Source: an uncultured Nitrososphaerota archaeon
GTDB taxonomy: Archaea > Thermoproteota > Nitrososphaeria > Nitrososphaerales > CADDZS01
Assembly (NCBI GenBank): GCA_963799845.1
Contig: CAWCYI010000004.1
Span: 352,001-416,000, forward strand
Length of the DNA stretch: 64,000 nt
Direction of reading: 5' to 3'
In this document: positions 47,211-58,667 of the stretch, one piece after another
How the letters are laid out: the number at the start of each line of letters is the position of its first letter
Position numbering within the stretch: position 1 is the stretch's first letter
The notes under the pieces: model-generated
Database searches by the model: none
What the model was told of the DNA's origin: nothing
The model's input: the letters and a program-made list of their open reading frames with translations, nothing else
Translations under genes and position numbers: made by a program

Positions 47211-49917
47211 ACCGTGTTTTGACCGTTCTCTGAAGAACATAGTCGAGGATGCCGCCGCTCTCATCGTACTCTCTTTCCACCAATGAATCCAGTCTGACTC
47301 TGAGATTCGCTTCGACCTTTTCTCCGCTTTTTCTCGAAACAATCAGTCTTGCTTTTGAGCCCTTGTCTGATATTTGCTCCAGTCCTCTAACGGAGTAAGT
47401 CTCGCTGCCATCGAGCGCCAAAGTCTTTGCATTTTCTGCCAGTTCAAATTGCAGCGGTAAGACTCCCATGCCGATCAAGTTGCTCCTGTGTATCCTCTCG
47501 AAACTCTCGGCGACGACTGCCTTTACCCCCAGAAGTTTTTGTCCTTTGGCAGCCCAATCTCTGGAACTTCCCGTTCCGAATCCTTTGCCGGCAATTACTA
47601 GGAGTGGTGTATTTTCCCTCTTGTACTTCATCGCGGCGTCGTACACCGACATCGTTTCTCCATCGGGATAGTGTTTTGTAATCGATCCTTCAACCCCACC
47701 CACCATGAGATTTTTGATCCTCGGATTTGCAAACGTTCCTCTAATCATGACTTCGTGATTTCCCCTCCTTGATCCGTAGGTATTGAAGTCGTCCTCAGAG
47801 ACCCCCTTTGATAAGAGAAACTTTCCCGCTGCCGATTTCGGGCTAATAGCGCCCGCTGGCGAAATATGGTCCGTGGTAACATAATCGCCCAAGATCAAAA
47901 GAGGCCTTGCTTCTAAAATGTCCGCATTAATTCGTTCTCCCATAGTGAGCCTTTGCGGATAGTCTTCGAAATACGGAGGCTGCTGGATGTAGGTACTCTT
48001 CTTGTCCCAGCTGTACCGGAGACCTGTCGGTGCGTTCAATTTGTTCCATTCGGAGTTTTGATCGTAGACCTGAGCATACTTTGAATGGAACATCCCGGTA
48101 CTGATTATGGTCTCGTATTCCATCACCTGACGATGTGATGGCCAAAGATCCTTAAGGTAAACCGGATGGCCGTCTTTATCATTGCCGACGGGTTCTTTTG
48201 TCAGGTCGATTCTCATGTTACCCGCAAGTGCGTAAGCTATCACGAGAGGTGGAGACATCAGGAAATTCGCCCTAACATCCTGGTGAATTCTTGCTTCAAA
48301 GTTCCTGTTACCAGATAGGACGGCGGCAGTCGTCAGGTTATTTTCCCTAATTGCCCTGGTCACAGGCTCCGGAAGAGGGCCGCTGTTTCCGATACAAGTG
48401 GTGCACCCGTAGCCAACGATTCCAAAACCAAGCTCCTCCAAGTACGGCAATAATCCCATCGCCTTCAGATATTCTGTGACGACCATAGAACCAGGGGCCA
48501 TACTCGTCTTCGCCACATCTCGAACGTTCAGCCCTAATTCGACTGCTCGCTTTGCCAAAAGCCCTGCGGCAATCATCACGTCGGGGTTGCTAGTATTCGT
48601 GCAACTGGTTATTGCGGCAATGACTACATCGCCGTCGGAAAGCGGGAAGCGTTTTCCCTCAAGAGTGACATTGATCGGGGTCCTCTTTTCACTTTCTTTC
48701 AGTGAAGGAAACGCCTCAATGAGGTGTTTTCCAACATTCGCTAATGAAATTCGATCGTGAGGCAGAGTCGGCCCCGCGACGCTTGACTCTATCTGCGATA
48801 GATCAATGTTTACAACCGTCGAATAATCGATCTGTCCATCGGCCGGCACCCCGAACATCTGCTGTGCCTCATAATACTTCCTCACAATTTCAACGTGCGA
48901 CTCCGTCCGTCCAGTCAGTGTTAGATAATGTAGTGTTTCCTCGTCCACAGGAAAAAGGGAGGCCGTTGCCCCAAATTCCGGAGTCATGTTCGAAATTGTA
49001 GCTCTGCCCGCAACGGTCAGCGCTTTCACCCCTTCTCCAAAAAATTCCACGAATGCATCAACTACACCCAGGTTTCGGAGGGTCTGAGTGATTGTCAGGA
49101 CAACATCAGTTGCGGTTACGCCCTCTCGCAGTTCACCTGAAAGGTGGACACCCACTACCCGCGGCGTGACAAATGTAACTGGCTGACCTAAGAGAGCAGC
49201 TTCTGCTTCGATGCCTCCGACTCCCCAGCCCAGAACTCCGAGCCCGTTGATCATTGGAGTATGCGAATCTGTACCCACCAGAGTGTCAGGAAACGCGAGT
49301 GACTTGTTTTCGCCGAGATCCTTCACCATGGCGACGGTTGCGAGAAATTCCAAATTTACTTGGTGACATATCCCGGTGTCCGGCGGCACCAGCTTCAATT
49401 TGTTGAATGCCTGCTGCGCCCACTTTAGGAATTCGTATCTCTCTTTGTTTCGTTCGATCTCCTTCTCAGCGTTTATCTGGAATGCATACTGATTCCGAAA
49501 GGCGTCAACCTGGATAGAGTGATCGATGATCAGGTCTATGGGCACCTCGGGCTCTATGATCTTGGAGTCGAGTTTCATCGTTACAACAGCGTCCCTCATT
49601 GCTGCGAGATCGACGAGGGCCGGCACGCCCGTCAAGTCCTGCATCAATACTCTACCTACTTTGAAGGGAATTTCTCGATCTGCAGGTTTGGACGCGTTCC
49701 AAGAAGCAAGGGCGAGAATGTCAGAATCAGTTATAGCTTTTCCATCTTTGTTTCGAACGAGAGACTCTAACAGAATCCTGATTGAAATTGGCAAGCGAGC
49801 AATGTTTACTTGCGAGCCCAAAGTTTTTTGCAGTGCAGGAAGGGAATAGTATTGAATCGTTTTTCCGGATGAAGTTGCAAATTCGTCGACTGCACTTACA
49901 AGTCTAGAGTTAGACAA
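47203..49917 (-). CDS. acnA: aconitate hydratase A
   Basis: RV.MQD.TGVP, IDHS.QVD, GTDSHT, ITSCTNTSNP, GCTTCIGNSG, GNRNFE, TTDHISPAG, GSSRDWAAKG. Confidence 0.98.
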   Translation of the reverse strand: MSNSRLVSAVDEFATSSGKTIQYYSLPALQKTLGSQVNIARLPISIRILLESLVRNKDGKAITDSDILALASWNASKPADREIPFKVGRVLMQDLTGVPALVDLAAMRDAVVTMKLDSKIIEPEVPIDLIIDHSIQVDAFRNQYAFQINAEKEIERNKERYEFLKWAQQAFNKLKLVPPDTGICHQVNLEFLATVAMVKDLGENKSLAFPDTLVGTDSHTPMINGLGVLGWGVGGIEAEAALLGQPVTFVTPRVVGVHLSGELREGVTATDVVLTITQTLRNLGVVDAFVEFFGEGVKALTVAGRATISNMTPEFGATASLFPVDEETLHYLTLTGRTESHVEIVRKYYEAQQMFGVPADGQIDYSTVVNIDLSQIESSVAGPTLPHDRISLANVGKHLIEAFPSLKESEKRTPINVTLEGKRFPLSDGDVVIAAITSCTNTSNPDVMIAAGLLAKRAVELGLNVRDVAKTSMAPGSMVVTEYLKAMGLLPYLEELGFGIVGYGCTTCIGNSGPLPEPVTRAIRENNLTTAAVLSGNRNFEARIHQDVRANFLMSPPLVIAYALAGNMRIDLTKEPVGNDKDGHPVYLKDLWPSHRQVMEYETIISTGMFHSKYAQVYDQNSEWNKLNAPTGLRYSWDKKSTYIQQPPYFEDYPQRLTMGERINADILEARPLLILGDYVTTDHISPAGAISPKSAAGKFLLSKGVSEDDFNTYGSRRGNHEVMIRGTFANPRIKNLMVGGVEGSITKHYPDGETMSVYDAAMKYKRENTPLLVIAGKGFGTGSSRDWAAKGQKLLGVKAVVAESFERIHRSNLIGMGVLPLQFELAENAKTLALDGSETYSVRGLEQISDKGSKARLIVSRKSGEKVEANLRVRLDSLVEREYDESGGILDYVLQRTVKTRSK

Positions 49918-50026
49918 TGTTTAGGCACGACCAAATGAACTATGGTCGATTCTCGATATTTCAGTGTTGCCGGCTCAGTTTGGCCGCTTGAAACGAGTGA
50001 ACTAGGGAGTTCTTTTCCCTCGAAAT

Positions 50027-50440
50027 CTACGCTTTGATTAGTTCGACATTATTTTGAAATAATTCCGTTAACGCAGCAAAAATTTCGCGCAGGTTTGCTG
50101 TAGCTTCGAAAGTGGCTGCAATCATCAATTCTTTTTCAGCATCAACGGGGAAAATAATCGCATTAAATTTCTCTCTTCCTATCACTATGTACTTGGTTTT
50201 CGTCCTGACGTCGTCTTATCGCGTCATAGCCTTGAATGCAAGCATGCCCCAGTGTCCCACCATCTCCCCGGTGCGTTGACCCAGAGCGCCTAACTTGTTC
50301 TCCATTTCCTTTTTCTCAGCTTCAGCCAGAATCGCTCCACTCGGATTATTCCAAAGAATGCAAGAATAGATTCTTGAATCTAGGTTGACAATACTATTTG
50401 CGATTAAATCGTATCTTCGATTGTCAGATTCAAGAGGCAG
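50027..50440 (-). pseudogene. roadblock-like (DUF6659-like) gene interrupted by an in-frame TAA
   Basis: Manual translation ...YDLIANSIVNLDSRIYSCIL...SGAILAE...AMTR*DDVRTKTKYIVIGREKFNAIIFPV...; single stop at 50216-50218; family assignment from memory. Confidence 0.5.
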
Positions 50441-50583
50441 TTAGTTAGGCTACATACTGGTCATTTCGACTTTAATATCAGAATGGAGTCATGGTCTATC
50501 CCAGACATTACGAAACGTGCTCACATATCCTTGAAATGGTAAATCACGGGTGAGCCGGATAGACTTTCTGTGGCTTTCCTCAA

Positions 50584-52293
50584 TTATGAGAACTTTGGAG
50601 CGCACACAGCACCTTCAGATGCAGATCCGACCAGGCTTGCATATTTTGCAAGAGCACCCCATTCATAGTTCGGTGCCGGAGTCTTCCACTCTTTCTTCCT
50701 CCTTGAGAGTTCCTTCTGCGAAACAAGGAGGTTTACCGTCTGCTTGTCTGCATCGATTTCAATCTCGTCCCCTTCTTCCACCAGTCCGATGGGCCCTCCG
50801 ACCATAGCTTCCGGACAAACGTGCCCGACCATGAAGCCTCTCGTCGCACCAGAGAATCTGCCATCTGTGACGAGGGCTACATCCTGTCCCAAACCCTGCC
50901 CTACGATTGCAGCCGTTACCTGGAGCATTTCTCTCATCCCCGGGCCTCCCTTAGGTCCTTCGTACCTGATCACTACAATGTCTCCTGCGGATATCTTTCG
51001 TTTTGACACCGCATCAAATGCAAGTTCCTCCCTGTCGAAGACCCTCGCCTTTCCCTTGAATTTTAAAAGTGAAAGTCCTGCCACTTTTACGACGGCCCCA
51101 TCAGGGGCCAGAGACCCTCTCAGAATGACGTCGGTCCCGGTCTTCCTTATCGGATTATCGACGGTTCGGACAACATCCTGGTCTTTCAGAAATCTCGCAG
51201 CCTTAACGTTCTCTTTGACAGACTTGCCCGTTATCGTAATGCAATTTTCGTTGATCATTTTTTTCTCCATCAGCTTGCTCAAGATCAACGGAACGCCTCC
51301 AACCTTGTCGAGATCGGCCATCACATACTTTCCTCCTGGACGAAGATCGGCTATGTGGGGGACTTTCTTCCGGATTCTCTCAAAATCGTCCAGCGTCAAT
51401 TTTACTCCTGATTCTCGACCCAAGGCAATCAGGTGCATGATCGCGTTTGTAGAGCCGCCAATCGCCTGCAATACGCTGATCGCATTTTCAAATGTCTCGA
51501 AGTTTAGAATGTCCCGTGGCTTCAGATCGTCTTCTAACGCTTTCAGAACTACCTTGCCGGTTTCGAAGACCATCTGAGCTCTTCTGCCATCGACCGCAGG
51601 CGGAGTCGCGCTTCCAGGCAGTGCCAGGCCGAGAGCCTCGCTGAGGCAGGCCATCGTGTTCGCGGTGTAGAGCCCGCCGCAGGAACCAGCACCGGGACAG
51701 GAGAGGTCCTCGACTCTCTTCAAGTCGTGAGCGGAGATTCTCCCACTCTCGAAAGCGCCAACTGCTTCAAACACATCTTGAATTGTGACGTCCTTTCCGT
51801 CGACCACGCCAGGCATTATCGTCCCGCCATAAACAAAAGCCGAGGGTCGATTCAACCTAGACATCGCGAGCATGATCCCGGGCAGGCTCTTGTCGCACCC
51901 TGCTATTCCTACGAACCCGTCGTATTCATGTGCCCGGATCATCAGTTCAACCGAATCAGCGATAATCTCTCTGCTCACGAGAGACGATTTCATGCCCTCC
52001 GTTCCCATCGCAATTCCGTCGCTGACGGCAATCGTGACAAACTGTCTTGGCGTTCCGCCCGCCGAAACGATGCCTTCCGAAGCTTTGTTAGCAAGCAAAT
52101 TCAAGTGAACGTTGCAGGGAGTTGCCTCGTTCCAAGTATTGGCAACGCCGATTAGAGGTTTTGTTAGATCGGAATCTCCGAGCCCCATCGCTTTGTAGTA
52201 GGACCGGTGGGGTGCATTTCTGGTTCCCTGAAGGACTCCTGTGCTACGTAGTTTTTTTGTTTCGCATTGAACTGTCTCTTGCTTACCTGGCAC
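50584..52293 (-). CDS. ilvD: dihydroxy-acid dehydratase
   Basis: [58 protein letters not shown]. Confidence 0.98.
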   Translation of the reverse strand: MPGKQETVQCETKKLRSTGVLQGTRNAPHRSYYKAMGLGDSDLTKPLIGVANTWNEATPCNVHLNLLANKASEGIVSAGGTPRQFVTIAVSDGIAMGTEGMKSSLVSREIIADSVELMIRAHEYDGFVGIAGCDKSLPGIMLAMSRLNRPSAFVYGGTIMPGVVDGKDVTIQDVFEAVGAFESGRISAHDLKRVEDLSCPGAGSCGGLYTANTMACLSEALGLALPGSATPPAVDGRRAQMVFETGKVVLKALEDDLKPRDILNFETFENAISVLQAIGGSTNAIMHLIALGRESGVKLTLDDFERIRKKVPHIADLRPGGKYVMADLDKVGGVPLILSKLMEKKMINENCITITGKSVKENVKAARFLKDQDVVRTVDNPIRKTGTDVILRGSLAPDGAVVKVAGLSLLKFKGKARVFDREELAFDAVSKRKISAGDIVVIRYEGPKGGPGMREMLQVTAAIVGQGLGQDVALVTDGRFSGATRGFMVGHVCPEAMVGGPIGLVEEGDEIEIDADKQTVNLLVSQKELSRRKKEWKTPAPNYEWGALAKYASLVGSASEGAVCAPKFS

Positions 52294-52375
52294 TTTGCTT
52301 TCGGAAAGGCTCTAGGAATGCAGTTTAAAGCAATTTACTCGATGTAGATATGCCCGAGCGGAATAGGCCGATCAA

Positions 52376-52636
52376 TTGCACAAGATTACAGTATTCTCCA
52401 AAGAGGGATGCCATCTTTGCGAAAGGGTCGTAGCCAAAATGAAAGAGCTTTCAACGGAAGGAGACTTCGAGCTGGAAATTGTGGAAATAACTGGAGACAT
52501 ATCTATTTTTGAAAAATACTTCCTAAAGATCCCTGTGGTGCACCTTGACGGTAAGGAAGTCTTCGAAGTTGAGGATATCGCACTGCCGCAGGATTGCGAG
52601 GTAAAGCTTGAGGCTCTAGTTTCGAAACTGGACTGA
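52376..52636 (+). CDS. glutaredoxin-like protein (DUF836)
   Basis: FSKEGCHLC...Y...IPV. Confidence 0.85.
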   Translation: MHKITVFSKEGCHLCERVVAKMKELSTEGDFELEIVEITGDISIFEKYFLKIPVVHLDGKEVFEVEDIALPQDCEVKLEALVSKLD

Positions 52637-52751
52637 CTATTACAGGCCCTTAACGCTTCAAGTTGATGGAATTCCGAAAAATGAATTTGTAGTACCTAAC
52701 ACTCTTTTATCTACGATTTTACGACTTACATATACGACGGGTCGATATGAT

Positions 52752-54023
52752 TTGGCAGACACTCTTTCTGTAAAAGATAATCGAACGGGAAAAGAATACG
52801 AGATTCCGATCAGTGAGGGAGCAGTTCGTTCTACCGATTTTAGGGACATCAAAACTTCTCCCGAGGACTTTGGGCTACTAGCTTACGACCCGGCTTTCGT
52901 AAACACGGCTTCGTGCAAGAGTAAAATTACTTTCATCGATGGAGAAAAGGGCATTCTTCGTTACCGGGGGTATCCTATCGAAGAGCTTGCCGAGAAAAAA
53001 CTTTACCTCGAGGTTGCGTACCTTCTAACTTACGGGGAGTTACCATCAAAATCCGAATATGAGGAATGGGTTCACAACATTACGTACCACACAATGGTTC
53101 ACGAGAACGTCAAAAAATTCATGGATGGATTTCACCATGACGCACATCCGATGGGGATGCTCGTCACGACAGTCGCCTCGCTTTCGACGTTCTATCCCAA
53201 TGCAAAAAATATCTTTGACGAAAAGGCTCGCGAATTGCAAATTTACCGTTTGATAGGAAAGATTCCGACGTTGGCCGCTTTTGCATACAGACATTCACAG
53301 GGCATGGCTTACATCTATCCGAGCAATGATTTGACCTATGCAGAGAATTTTCTGTCAATGATGTACCGACCGTCGTCTACGTCTAGTTACGAACCAAACT
53401 CGGTTCTTGCAAAGGCCCTTGATGTCCTCTTCATTCTACACGCTGATCACGAACAAAATTGCAGCTCGACCGCGATGAGAGTAGTGGGCAGTTCACATGC
53501 CGATCCGTACAGCGCGGCGGCGGCCGCGTGTGCGGCTCTTTATGGTCCACTCCATGGAGGAGCAAATGAAGAGGTCGTAAGGATGCTTGAGGAAATCGGG
53601 TCCAAGGAGAAAGTTCCTGAAATAATTAGGCAGGTCAAAGACGGCAAACGGCTGCTCATGGGATTCGGCCACCGTGTTTACAAGAACTATGATCCCAGAG
53701 CGAAGATAATCAAGAAAATTGCAGAAGATGTTTTCGAAGTCACAGGGCGAAATGAACTGCTCGATATTGCGCTCGAGCTTGAAAAAGTAGCATTGTCTGA
53801 TGATTATTTCATAAAGAGAAAACTGTATCCGAACGTGGATTTCTACTCTGGCCTAATCTATCAGGCAATGGGTTTCCCGATGGACATCTTCACAGTCCTC
53901 TTTGCGATCCCCAGGATGTCTGGATGGCTCGCCCAGTGGAAGGAAATGCTGGGCGATCCTGAACAAAAAATTGCGAGACCTCGTCAGATTTACGAAGGTC
54001 ATCCTGAAAGGCACCTGCCGTAG
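52752..54023 (+). CDS. gltA: citrate synthase
   Basis: DG.KG.L.YRGY, HADHEQN.S, GPLHGGANE, MGFGHRVYK.YDPR, YPNVDFYSG. Confidence 0.97.
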   Translation: MADTLSVKDNRTGKEYEIPISEGAVRSTDFRDIKTSPEDFGLLAYDPAFVNTASCKSKITFIDGEKGILRYRGYPIEELAEKKLYLEVAYLLTYGELPSKSEYEEWVHNITYHTMVHENVKKFMDGFHHDAHPMGMLVTTVASLSTFYPNAKNIFDEKARELQIYRLIGKIPTLAAFAYRHSQGMAYIYPSNDLTYAENFLSMMYRPSSTSSYEPNSVLAKALDVLFILHADHEQNCSSTAMRVVGSSHADPYSAAAAACAALYGPLHGGANEEVVRMLEEIGSKEKVPEIIRQVKDGKRLLMGFGHRVYKNYDPRAKIIKKIAEDVFEVTGRNELLDIALELEKVALSDDYFIKRKLYPNVDFYSGLIYQAMGFPMDIFTVLFAIPRMSGWLAQWKEMLGDPEQKIARPRQIYEGHPERHLP

Positions 54024-54079
54024 TAGGATTGCGTCGGAATAGCAAACGAAATATCCCAGCTCGGTTCACCTTATCTGGT

Positions 54080-54418
54080 ATGATAAAGAAAATCGGCTCA
54101 ATAGCGGTAGTTGTAAAAGACGAAAAGAAAGCGGCAAACTGGTACAAGAGTAAACTTGGATTTGAGATCAAGAGTCAGATGGAACACTGGGTGACAGTCA
54201 TTCCAAAGGGAGCTCGTGGCCCCGAGTTGCATCTCTGCAAAACGAAACCTCTTGAAAAAGGAAACACTGGAATATCATTCACAACTGACAACCTTGGCAA
54301 AACGTACAAGGAGCTTTCGAAGAAAGGAGTAAAGTTTACAGCGAAGCCTAAGGATGAAGGTTGGGGACCGTACGCGATGTTTGCGGATCTCGACGGAAAC
54401 GTGTTCTGGTTATTCTAG
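54080..54418 (+). CDS. VOC/glyoxalase family protein
   Basis: AVVV.D...A..WY...LGF, P.DE.WG..A.F.D.DGN. Confidence 0.88.
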   Translation: MIKKIGSIAVVVKDEKKAANWYKSKLGFEIKSQMEHWVTVIPKGARGPELHLCKTKPLEKGNTGISFTTDNLGKTYKELSKKGVKFTAKPKDEGWGPYAMFADLDGNVFWLF

Positions 54419-54943
54419 TCAAGGTGTAGAGCTCTGCTCGGGCCTTCTTAGGCCCATTCTCTCTACCAGCCTTTTCAGTTGGTCTTCCGTTATCCATTCG
54501 ATTTTCAGATATTCAATTATCTGATCATCGGCGAACCCGATCCTTCTTGCCTCATCCACTGTGCCGAGGTAGGCTTCTATCTCAATTGGGCTATCGACGT
54601 ATTCAAAGTCATTAAGAAAGAGCTCCTTTCCATCCATGAACTGCTTCACGTGGTGTAGCTCGTGTATAACATCCAGGTAGATTATTGCAGAATCAGCAGT
54701 CCTCAGATGGTAGGCACTAATCAGCAAGTGTCCGTCCTCATCGCTCGTCGCCATGTAGCCGAATCGGGCTGAATAGAACTCGACTTTCAGATTGTGGAGA
54801 ATTTGATCGGTCTTTGCACCGAAGAGCCTTCTGATGGTAGGGATTTTTTCAAAACCTTGAAAGTAATCGGTGAACGGATAGAGATTGAGCTTGGCCTCAC
54901 GCTGGATTTGTACATCCGGCAATCGAGGTTCTTGCGATTCCAA
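54419..54943 (-). CDS. hypothetical zincin-like (HExxH) protein
   Basis: LDVIHELHH..Q...G followed by Y...P.E.EAY. Confidence 0.7.
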   Translation of the reverse strand: MESQEPRLPDVQIQREAKLNLYPFTDYFQGFEKIPTIRRLFGAKTDQILHNLKVEFYSARFGYMATSDEDGHLLISAYHLRTADSAIIYLDVIHELHHVKQFMDGKELFLNDFEYVDSPIEIEAYLGTVDEARRIGFADDQIIEYLKIEWITEDQLKRLVERMGLRRPEQSSTP

Positions 54944-54978
54944 TATTCGTCCAATCCCAGATGAGTCAGCGATGTTTG

Positions 54979-55731
54979 CTAGTTCAGGGAAAGTGCGAAC
55001 TCGTTCAGATGCCGATTAAAATCAGAGGGTCTTTCGAGCATCGGCAGGTGAGATGCGTCCCTCAAAACAACGAGCTTCGACTTTGGAATGTTCTCTTTCA
55101 TGTATGATGACCAAGCGACCGGAGACATTTTGTCCTCCTCGCCAGCGATAATCAGGACAGGAATGGAGATCGTCTGCAATTTTTGCCTGACATCGAAACT
55201 GTTGCACGCCTCATAGTCTCCAGCTGCGACTCCGTTGTTGCACTTTAGAATTTCATTCGTTACGAAGCGAATTGTTTCTAAATTCGTCTTTGAGGAAAAT
55301 TGCCTCGGTCCCACTACGGCCTTTACTGTCTCCTCGAATCTAGACCTCAAGCCCTCCCTGATCGAGGGCAGAACGCCTAATTTCGCTCCCGTGCAAACTA
55401 GGACAACCCCCCTGAGGGAATTTGGATGCTCGATAGCGTTCAACAACGCGATCGCTCCGCCCATTGAGTGCCCCACAAGTATCGGTTTGTCCGGGCAGGT
55501 CTTTGAAACAAATTCAGAAACAATATCGGAATAAGATCTGATTTCAATCTCGCAGTGCAGGGGCGATGATTTTCCATGACCGGGAAGATCGATTGTGATT
55601 ATTTTGAATCGATCCGAAAGTATTCTCTGATGGTTCCAAAACGACGAGTTCTCGCATGCGCCGTGAACAAAGACAATTGGTTTCCCAGTTCCCACTTCAT
55701 CATAAGAAACGTTGGAGCCTTTCAACAGCAA
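54979..55731 (-). CDS. alpha/beta-fold hydrolase
   Basis: FVHG, DLPGHG.S, GHSMGG nucleophile, G..D, ASH....E.P. Confidence 0.92.
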   Translation of the reverse strand: MLLKGSNVSYDEVGTGKPIVFVHGACENSSFWNHQRILSDRFKIITIDLPGHGKSSPLHCEIEIRSYSDIVSEFVSKTCPDKPILVGHSMGGAIALLNAIEHPNSLRGVVLVCTGAKLGVLPSIREGLRSRFEETVKAVVGPRQFSSKTNLETIRFVTNEILKCNNGVAAGDYEACNSFDVRQKLQTISIPVLIIAGEEDKMSPVAWSSYMKENIPKSKLVVLRDASHLPMLERPSDFNRHLNEFALSLN

Positions 55732-55952
55732 TTGCGTGACATTTGACGTTTTTTTCTTGCACCATGTTAACAGTTTTGTAAAGAAACAAGTTGAGATATT
55801 TCAGAAACGACCTAGGCTTCCTTACAGCGTGCTACTATGAGTAATTCGCGGGTATAAATAATTCTACTGAGGTGCCAGCTGCGAAATTAATCGAGGATTG
55901 GATGACACCTACGGTAATTGTCGATTTCACAATCATTTTTCGGTAAAGACAC

Positions 55953-57566
55953 TTATGCGACATTACTAGGATGATACTCGCCGTATGCTGATCTTAGGAT
56001 GTCGCTAATTTCACCCGTTGTCGCGCCCATTTTTGTTGCCTCAATTATGAGTGGCATCAGATTTTTCCTACTTTCTCGATCTTTCGAGGCTTCTTTTTCC
56101 AGAGCGGAAATGGCCTTTTCAAAGCGTGATTTGTTTCTACTCATTCTGTATTTCTTGATCTGTTTAAGCTGACGTTTCACTGATTTTTTGGAGACCTGCA
56201 GTACTTTGATGGGTTCTCTTTCGGAGCTTTCAAATCGGTTAACTCCCACGATTACTTTTTCTCCTTCATCAACTGCCCTCTGAAACTTATAGGCGCTCCT
56301 TTGAATTTCTTTTTGGATATAGCCAGATTTGATCGCTTCGAGGGCTCCCCCAAGTTTCTGCACCCTGTCCAGCTCTTCAGTTGCCCTCGCTTCGATTTCA
56401 TTCGTCATGGATTCCAAGTAGTAGGAACCTCCGATTGGATCGGCTGTCCCGATGACTCCAGATTCCTCTGCTATGATCTGTTGAGTTCGGAGAGCAATCG
56501 TCACAGATTCTTCAGATGGTAAGCCGAGGGCCTCGTCGAAAGAATTGGTGTGAAGCGATTGTGCACCTCCGAGGACTGCTGCTAGTGCCTGAATAGAGAC
56601 CCTGACCACATTGTTATACGGTTGTTGAGCTGTCAGCGTTTCTCCGCTGGTCTGGGCGTGAAACTTTAGTTTCATCGAGTTTTCGTCCCTTGAATTGAAT
56701 TGGTCCTTTACGATCTTTGCCCAGATTCTCCTAGCCGCTCTAAACTTCGCAATCTCTTCGAAAAAGTCGTTCCTGCAAGCAAAGAAAAAAGAGAGCTGAT
56801 CGCAGAACGAATCGATGGGGTACCCCTTCTTGATCACTCCGTTCACGTATTCGATCGCATCAGCAAACGTGAAGGCGAGCTCTTGGATCGCGTTCGCTCC
56901 CGCTTCTCTTATGTGGTAACCCGAGATACTGATCGGATGCCACTTCGGCATTTTCTCGGCGCAGAAAGTTATGAGATCGATGCTGAGATCGAACGAAAAA
57001 TCGGGGGGATAGATGTAGGTGTTTCTCGCAGCATACTCTTTCAAAATGTCGTTTTGGGTCGTACCCCTCAACTCAGACCTTGGGATGCCCCTCGATTCGG
57101 CCGCGACGACATACATCGACAACATCGTCGAAGCGGTTGCATTGATCGTCATGCTGGTGCTTACCTGATCTACTGGAATATCCTGAATAAGAGTCCCCAT
57201 GTTTTCAAGGGTGCTGATGGCAACACCAACCTTTCCAACTTCTCCCTCGGCCCGCTTGTTATCGGAGTCGAAACCGAGCTGAGTGGGGAGATCAAAAGCC
57301 ACGCTCAAGCCAGTTTGGCCGCGTTTCAAAAGATACTTGAATCGCTTGTTTGTATCAGCTGCGGTACCGAATCCGGAGTACTGCCGCATAGTCCACAATT
57401 TCTCGCGATACATCTGGGGGTAAATTCCACGAACAAACGGAAAACTTCCCGGCTCACCAGTCTCGTCAACTATAGGCCGTGATGAGTAGACTGGATTAAT
57501 TGGAATTCCAGAATCGGTCTCGAACTTTTTCTCTCTTTTCTTGTCGTCTTGATTATTGTTCGTCAA
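55953..57566 (-). CDS. methylmalonyl-CoA mutase, large (substrate-binding) subunit
   Basis: WTMRQYSGF (Tyr determinant), AFDLPTQ.G.D, QNDILKEY.AR, SGYHIREAG, QSLHTN.FDEA; no B12-binding domain. Confidence 0.93.
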   Translation of the reverse strand: MTNNNQDDKKREKKFETDSGIPINPVYSSRPIVDETGEPGSFPFVRGIYPQMYREKLWTMRQYSGFGTAADTNKRFKYLLKRGQTGLSVAFDLPTQLGFDSDNKRAEGEVGKVGVAISTLENMGTLIQDIPVDQVSTSMTINATASTMLSMYVVAAESRGIPRSELRGTTQNDILKEYAARNTYIYPPDFSFDLSIDLITFCAEKMPKWHPISISGYHIREAGANAIQELAFTFADAIEYVNGVIKKGYPIDSFCDQLSFFFACRNDFFEEIAKFRAARRIWAKIVKDQFNSRDENSMKLKFHAQTSGETLTAQQPYNNVVRVSIQALAAVLGGAQSLHTNSFDEALGLPSEESVTIALRTQQIIAEESGVIGTADPIGGSYYLESMTNEIEARATEELDRVQKLGGALEAIKSGYIQKEIQRSAYKFQRAVDEGEKVIVGVNRFESSEREPIKVLQVSKKSVKRQLKQIKKYRMSRNKSRFEKAISALEKEASKDRESRKNLMPLIIEATKMGATTGEISDILRSAYGEYHPSNVA

Positions 57567-58548
57567 GAAATTGTCCCTTGCTCACTCTGCTACTTTTTTC
57601 CGAAATGTCTCTACTCTGCAAATATTTCCTCGCTAATCGATTTGCCGCGCTATCGGGATCGATCCCCTTGTTCAATAGTTTTTCAATCAATACTTTGAAC
57701 TCTGGATCGTTTTGAATTTCCCTTTTTATTTCTGAAGTTATTATGTCATTTACTCTTTCTAACAGTTCATCTTGCAATTTCTTCGAAGCCACGTTGGATG
57801 AAACGCTCTGATTTGAAAGAAAAATTCTACGTTCATCAAGCGCCTTCGTCAAATTTTCCAACCCCTCCAAAGTTTTCGCGCTAACCTTGACAGCGAGCTG
57901 AAGCCAGCCCGATTCTTTGGTGGAAAGCACCGATCCCAGATTGTAGAGAACCTTATCCGCACCCGGTAGATCGCTCTTATTAATTGCAAATATGTCGCCG
58001 ATCTCCATTAGCCCGGCCTTCGCCGCCTGTATTTCGTCTCCCAGTTCAGGCATGAGTACGACTACTACCGTATCGGCAACGCCGACGATCTCAACCTCTG
58101 TTTGTCCAATCCCCACCGTTTCAACGAAGATAGGATCGAACCCGGCGGCATCGAGTATTCGGACGACATCCCGTGCAGCCTTTGAAAGTCCCCCTTCGTC
58201 ACCACGTGAGGCCATGCTCCTAATGTAGACATCCTGATCCAAAGAATGCTCTAACATTCTCACGCGATCTCCCAAGATGGCGCCTCCAGTTATTGGACTC
58301 GAAGGGTCAACTGCCAGAACTGCCACTTTCTTTCCCCTCGTTCTGTAGGATCTGACGAGCAAGTCCACTAGCGAGCTCTTCCCGGTGCCTGGTGGTCCCG
58401 TTATCCCTATCACATGGGCCCTCCCCGTGTGACTGTACAACGCGCCCAAAAGATCAGAATAGTTTGATTGCCTATTCTCCGCCAATGTGATAGCTTTTGA
58501 AACTGCGTTGCGATCACCGCTCAGAACTCTCTCTGTTAGAGTAGGCAA
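57553..58548 (-). CDS. meaB: methylmalonyl-CoA mutase chaperone GTPase
   Basis: GITGPPG.GKS, AVDPSSP.TGGA.LGDR.RM, ETVG.GQ.E, GD.IQ..KAG.MEI, NK.D. Confidence 0.95.
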   Translation of the reverse strand: MPTLTERVLSGDRNAVSKAITLAENRQSNYSDLLGALYSHTGRAHVIGITGPPGTGKSSLVDLLVRSYRTRGKKVAVLAVDPSSPITGGAILGDRVRMLEHSLDQDVYIRSMASRGDEGGLSKAARDVVRILDAAGFDPIFVETVGIGQTEVEIVGVADTVVVVLMPELGDEIQAAKAGLMEIGDIFAINKSDLPGADKVLYNLGSVLSTKESGWLQLAVKVSAKTLEGLENLTKALDERRIFLSNQSVSSNVASKKLQDELLERVNDIITSEIKREIQNDPEFKVLIEKLLNKGIDPDSAANRLARKYLQSRDISEKSSRVSKGQFLDEQ

Positions 58549-58667
58549 TTAGATTCGAATCTGGAAACGGAAGTTTATCAATCTTGAAATAAATCTTGAT
58601 TGCATATTAGGAAACTGGAACGATATCGGAAGAGTAAACTACACCAGTCTCAATCTGAAATACTGCT

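Noticed and set aside
50744-51577. Long antisense ORFs (277 aa here, 260 aa at 56700, 206 aa at 62670 and many shorter ones)
   Set aside because: Shadows of highly conserved genes on the opposite strand, with no motifs
54080-54418. VOC protein as the missing methylmalonyl-CoA epimerase
   Set aside because: Lacks the N-terminal His and other metal ligands typical of MCE; looks like a generic glyoxalase/bleomycin-binding protein
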